Shown: one piece after another, positions 59,318 to 64,000 of the stretch
Layout: every line of letters begins with the position of its first letter
How positions within the stretch are numbered: position 1 is the stretch's first letter
NCBI GenBank assembly: GCA_030141605.1
Contig: JAQGDQ010000267.1
Span: forward strand, 124,001 to 188,000
Direction: 5' to 3'
Length of the DNA stretch: 64,000 nucleotides
From: Tubiluchus corallicola
Lineage: Eukaryota > Animalia > Priapulida
Notes under the pieces: generated by a model
Database searches by the model: none
Told to the model about the DNA's origin: nothing
The model's input: the letters and a program-made list of their open reading frames with translations, nothing else
Translations under genes and position numbers: made by a program

Positions 59318-62300
59318 CTATTTCGCTCTTTGATATGCAAGTGTGTTCAAGGCAGATAATTCTGAAAAGCAAAAATAAAATTAGAAATGTTTTTTTTTCA
59401 GTGATGAGAAATTTCTGTTTACCACAGTGTGTTTAAGCTTGGTTTATAATTAGTCCATTCTTTTTTAGGGATATTGCATTGTATTTCAGGTTTGGCATAT
59501 AAGCTAACCAAACACATGGAGGTTAAACTTATTAATACAGCCCCATTCAAAACTCTATTCAAAACTTTCCATTGCAGAGGCTACTGCAGATTTTCTTTAT
59601 TTACTTAATGCTGCACGTTTTAAGAAAAATTGTTGGATGGAAAGAATTAATGGAATTAATTGTCAATGCTTTTTCACAGCAGTGAAGTATAAACTGGGTA
59701 ATAGTCAGTTAGATGATTTCGGTCTATTCTTCTGGCAATCCTGGTAATGCCTCCTGGAAATCTAGGGAAGTGACTACTCCTGTACTTACTTAGACACTAT
59801 TAGTTTGTAAATTCTGCAATACACCTGAAGCAACCCAAAAGGGTTCTTTAACTAGTAGGAAATAATGTGAATTTTTAAACGAATTCTAGGTGTATGCAAG
59901 TGGTATCATCTGGCAGGTTTACGAGTAGTTACTACTAAGCGGTTCTAGTACTACAGTCTAGCCTCGTTATGCCGCCAAACTCGTCTCTCGCCATAGAAAG
60001 TACCAGGACGGATTTCCTGCTTTGATATTTACCTCGTTAAGTCGCCACCCTCGCTTCTCGCCCTCGCCACGTCATGCTAGGATGAGTGCTTATGTAAACT
60101 ATATTCATTATGTTGCCAAACAGACAAACTCAGAGGTGAATCAATCAATACATATACCGCATGTCAATCAATATAACCGTGGTATGTAGACAATGTTGCT
60201 GTCTCAGAGGTGAATCGATCAATACGTATACCGCGTGTCGATCAATAGAACCGTGGTATGTAGACAATGCTGCTGTACTCGATAGACAGACAGACATTAC
60301 TCTAGTGTGTGTCTCACCAGGATTAGATTAGGAGTGTTGTGGTTGGTTAATACACAGAGTTACAATAATAAAGTAACATTCTAAGATTATTTTTATGACA
60401 TTTTTTCATTTCTGATTTAATTTTGATTGGTATCATAATGTGAAATATATTTTATATGTACGTAGAGGAACACTATGTTAATCAACTATTATGTATATAG
60501 ATATAGACTAACTTCGTTATATTCCCGTTATCTCGCCATACTCGCCGAAAATTTGCCCTAGACGGACAGTGGCGAGGTAACGAGACTAAACTGCACTTAC
60601 TAGTTATAGCCAATGATGCTTAATACCTAAAAAAACAGTTCCTAGCTTTTTGTGAATCTTCCACTCTCCTCCAAGGCTAAGATGGCTTCATTTTGTCCTA
60701 ATTTCAATCGCTGCGACTTAAAATTCAAATATTAATACCTGATGCAAATGTTAAAACTTTTAGAACTTAATGTCGAAGATTTTGTCAATATTTTGAGATG
60801 CCGGGTGCTTGACTTGTTCTCTTTATTTTTGTTTTTCACTTCATTTTTTGCAAATTTCCTTTCCATTTCATATTACTAGTGCTCTTTTCCCCAATTGTTT
60901 ATGGTGACGTTTTATTTGACAGATGCAGAGTCGTTCACGTTAGAGGGCAAATTTACACATAGGAAATGTAAATGCAACCATAGTACATTGAGGGAAAGTG
61001 TTGAAAGGGCAAACGATAGTCAATGGACATAGAAATATAGAACAGGTAAAATAAGAGAAACTTGATAAACAAGTAACTGCTTGCTTTCTCCTTCTTCCCC
61101 TTTTCTCTTTCTTGCTCGCCTCTCTCTCCCTGCTCTGTCCTTGCTCTCTCTCCCCTTCTCTTTTTCTTTTTCTTTTCACAATTGTACTCTCTCCTCTCCT
61201 CCTCTGTCTAGCTCTCTCTCACTCCTGTATCAACATGATGCTGTGATTGAAGCCCAGCAATTTAGAAAACCAGTACACTTGGTCACCTTGGGCTGATTAC
61301 AATGTTATTGTGAAATCTTACCTTTTTTAGATAATGTGCAATGCCCCTCGACACTCGAATTGAACGGCCGCCCTTTTTTACAGAAAAGGTTATATAGACG
61401 ATCGATTTCATAAACAAACGTCCTACGCTTTGCCCATTCGTTGTAACCTCCCTTATAATACTTTACTCTGAAAGTAAAATAGTCACTTTTCAGAAGTGAA
61501 ATTCCCATTATTGTAGTATCCTCACTGCTACATAGGTCATATTCATGTTAGTGCTGCCATCTAGTGTTGATTTTTATTATGCATTTGACTTGTTTACTGG
61601 TGAAATGACATGTTGCATTGATTTGATAATTTTCCAATTTGTTTCCTGAAATACTATAGTACTCATTCTTTTTTGGTTGCATTTTTCCCCATTTTTACCA
61701 GATCTATGTTATCTCTTCTCTGGCATGTTACTTTTACAATTACAATTCTGATTAGTTTTTTCTCTTTGAGATGAAGTTACATCATTAACTTCGCAAATTT
61801 TTTTATTCCTAATCTATGTAAAATTCTATTTTTGACATTTGTATGATGATGTGAATAATAGAAGTAACAATACTGTTAAAATTCCCAGATTATCTATTTT
61901 TACACTAACTTATTGTGGAGAAACTGTTAGTTAATTTTGACAAAGCAGTTCTCCACTACATGCTGTCATAGTTTACTAAATCAGATATAGGAACCCCACA
62001 TCCAGTTGGTTATTTTTTTGGTAGCACAGAATCACAATGAACCTATTATGATGTGGTAAAATTTATCAATGTGAACTTTGTTGTAAAACATGAACATAAG
62101 ACAATCCATATGTGCTTGCACAAGCGCTATATGAAATTGAGTTTTCACCTTTCATATCCTAAACGGCTAGCCGACTTTTGAATATCTTGGCTTTCTTTGT
62201 CAGAAGAACTGTAGACTATGATTTTATCAGTTTTTTTAGGTTTTCGTCTCTCAAATATGTATCTAAAGTTCCCTGGATTCATCTGAAGAGCCAGAACAAA

Positions 62301-63693
62301 CATGGGTGCTGCAAGAGAATGGCATTAATAAATAAACAACTTTTTAAAGATGTGAACATTAAGATGTGATCTTTTTAATTGTTTTTAAATCAAGAGATTT
62401 ATTAGTTGGATATAAGCTCATTTCTTATACCAAATCAAAGTTTTATCAATGAGTTAATATGAGTGCATGAATTATCTCTGCTACTTCTTCTATTGTTTTC
62501 TTTGAATAATAAAGATGATAAGAATAATTTCTCATGATGTACGTCAGTGATATTGTATACTCTCATTCTGTTGTGCACTCTCGATTCTTGAGTTATGCGA
62601 AAGATTTGGAAAATTGTACTTGGCATTTGCTACCTGAAACTCGTCAAGACCAAGCAGGTTACGAACATTCCGATTACTAGAGTAACCTGTTGCACTAACA
62701 TGGAAAAAAGTTGGTGCACTTCAGCTGTCTTAATAACTATAAGACATTTTTATTATTATTGCTTAAGGAAATGCAACAACCGCATATACATAAAATGAAA
62801 AGACACTATCATTAATGCGTACAACAATACATATTAAAAACATTGAAAACAGTATTTCATATACACTTCAGTTACTGAGTGGATCTTTCTCCAAAATGGG
62901 TCTCGGTTGCCAACTAAAGGTCTCAAATGATAAACATGTTTTAACATCCTGGATTCCACGTTAAAATATGTATATGATGTTGCATACAAAATTATATTAC
63001 CATTGTTAAGTGAAAGTTGCAAGGAAAGTTGAAATATCGTTGTATAAGCATAGTCAAATTTTGATGTTGGACTGAAAGACGCTATTCAATAAACCAAATC
63101 TAATTGAAACAATGTCGTATGATGAAATATATGCTGTCACTTCAGGAAAGATGATCACAACAAAAATAAAAAATTCTCAAAACAAAGAAGCAGTCAACTT
63201 AGTTTTCAACAATAAACCTTGAGATCTTTTTTAGATCCATTAAAGCATAAAAAACTCATGATGGGACTTTCTTGCCTTAGCAAGTGCATAATTAGAAGAA
63301 CACTGCATTTTCAAAGTTTTGGTATTCCTATTCTTCAGTTACAGTCTAATGGAGTAGTACTTTATGGCTGAGCTAAGTAATTGTGATTAAAATTTGCAGT
63401 CAACTCTTTCTTTATCCTGTTGTCCACTTGTCCTAATTACTGGAGATTTCTTTAGCGAAACATTTTAGTGTTTAATAAGAGCTGAAAACACCCATGTAGC
63501 AACTAGACTAAGTTCTAATTCTTCCAGTCACAAATGTGCAAGCAAGTGAAAGATAGCACTGAGTGGAACCTACCTGGAATGTTTATGGCAGTCTGGATCA
63601 TTCCAGATTTATGCACTTCAACTGGTGGTCTCAAATCAATGACGTAAACAAGTTTATTTACTATCTGCTGGTCCAAGTCCGCATGGAAAATAT
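59318..63693 (-). CDS. Single-domain rhodanese (TSTD1/TSTD3-like), probably catalytically inactive; 5' end unresolved
   Basis: Phase-consistent exons on -: 63574-63693 (VIDLRPPVEVHKSGMIQTAINIP), 62149-62308 (ALQMNPGNF...KPKKTDKIIVYSSSDKES...LGYE), 61322-61467 (VKYYKGGYNEW) and 59318-59361 (ELSALNTLAYQRAK*). Confidence 0.8.
59954..60593. mobile_element. pogo/Tigger-type MITE with an internal 73-bp tandem duplication
   Basis: TIRs CAGTCTAGCCTCGTTA / TAACGAGACTAAACTG with TA on the left; the duplicated block CTCAGAGGTGAATC... occurs at ~60130 and ~60203. Confidence 0.75.
61081..61225. repeat. CT-rich low-complexity tract
   Basis: A polypyrimidine run that explains the spurious ORFs 60940-61179 and 61081-61296. 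Confidence 0.75.
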
Positions 63694-64000
63694 CTTAACA
63701 AAAACAACAAGCAAACAACTATTCAACTGGAAATTTATTTAAAATCAATCATTTTTTATTCAGAAAATTAAATTGAAATAAAATTCATCGAGGTACTGCT
63801 TGTGGCTTGGCAGCTAGTTTAGCTCATTGACTCGGTTTTCTCTTTTCACGTAGGAGAGTGTAGTCATGAAGACACGTAAAGGTTTGCTCTTTCACTAGTG
63901 CTAAAAAGCGTGTAAATTTATATCTGTAATGAATAGGTAATAATTTGGAAATAAAAAGTTTTGGCAAAAATTATCTTTCAGAAGCGTTCTACAGAAACAT

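Noticed and set aside
62634-62735. Exon-like hydrophobic segment in the rhodanese intron
   Set aside because: Its phase is incompatible with the flanking exons, which already join into a continuous rhodanese domain.
63797-63870. First coding exon of the rhodanese gene (MTTLSYVKREN...)
   Set aside because: The candidate donor is weak and phase 0, while the next exon needs phase 1; left unresolved.

Overview
AT-rich, intron-containing eukaryotic DNA, most consistent with an invertebrate animal; nothing prokaryotic was found. I could assemble five protein-coding loci by hand using GT-AG boundaries and exon phase. They are a 9-finger C2H2 zinc-finger gene (-), a FAM194/ERICH6-like gene encoded almost entirely by one ~4.2-kb exon (+), a 12-exon NOL9/Grc3 polynucleotide kinase with a ~790-aa N-terminal extension (+), an 8-exon TPRA1/GPR175 (-), and a TSTD1/TSTD3-type rhodanese whose active-site Cys is replaced by Ser (-, 5' end unresolved). 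A 124-aa hydrophobic ORF follows the rhodanese and may be an alternative C-terminus or a second cistron. Introns and intergenic DNA contain decayed LINEs, a non-autonomous Helitron with both ends intact, several pogo/Tigger- and hAT-like MITEs, a THAP remnant and a ~19-copy 52-bp minisatellite. The most intriguing unexplained signal is a GC-rich island at ~23560-23915 with long stems rich in G-U pairs on the + strand, a candidate structured ncRNA. All calls were made by eye; no database searches were run.
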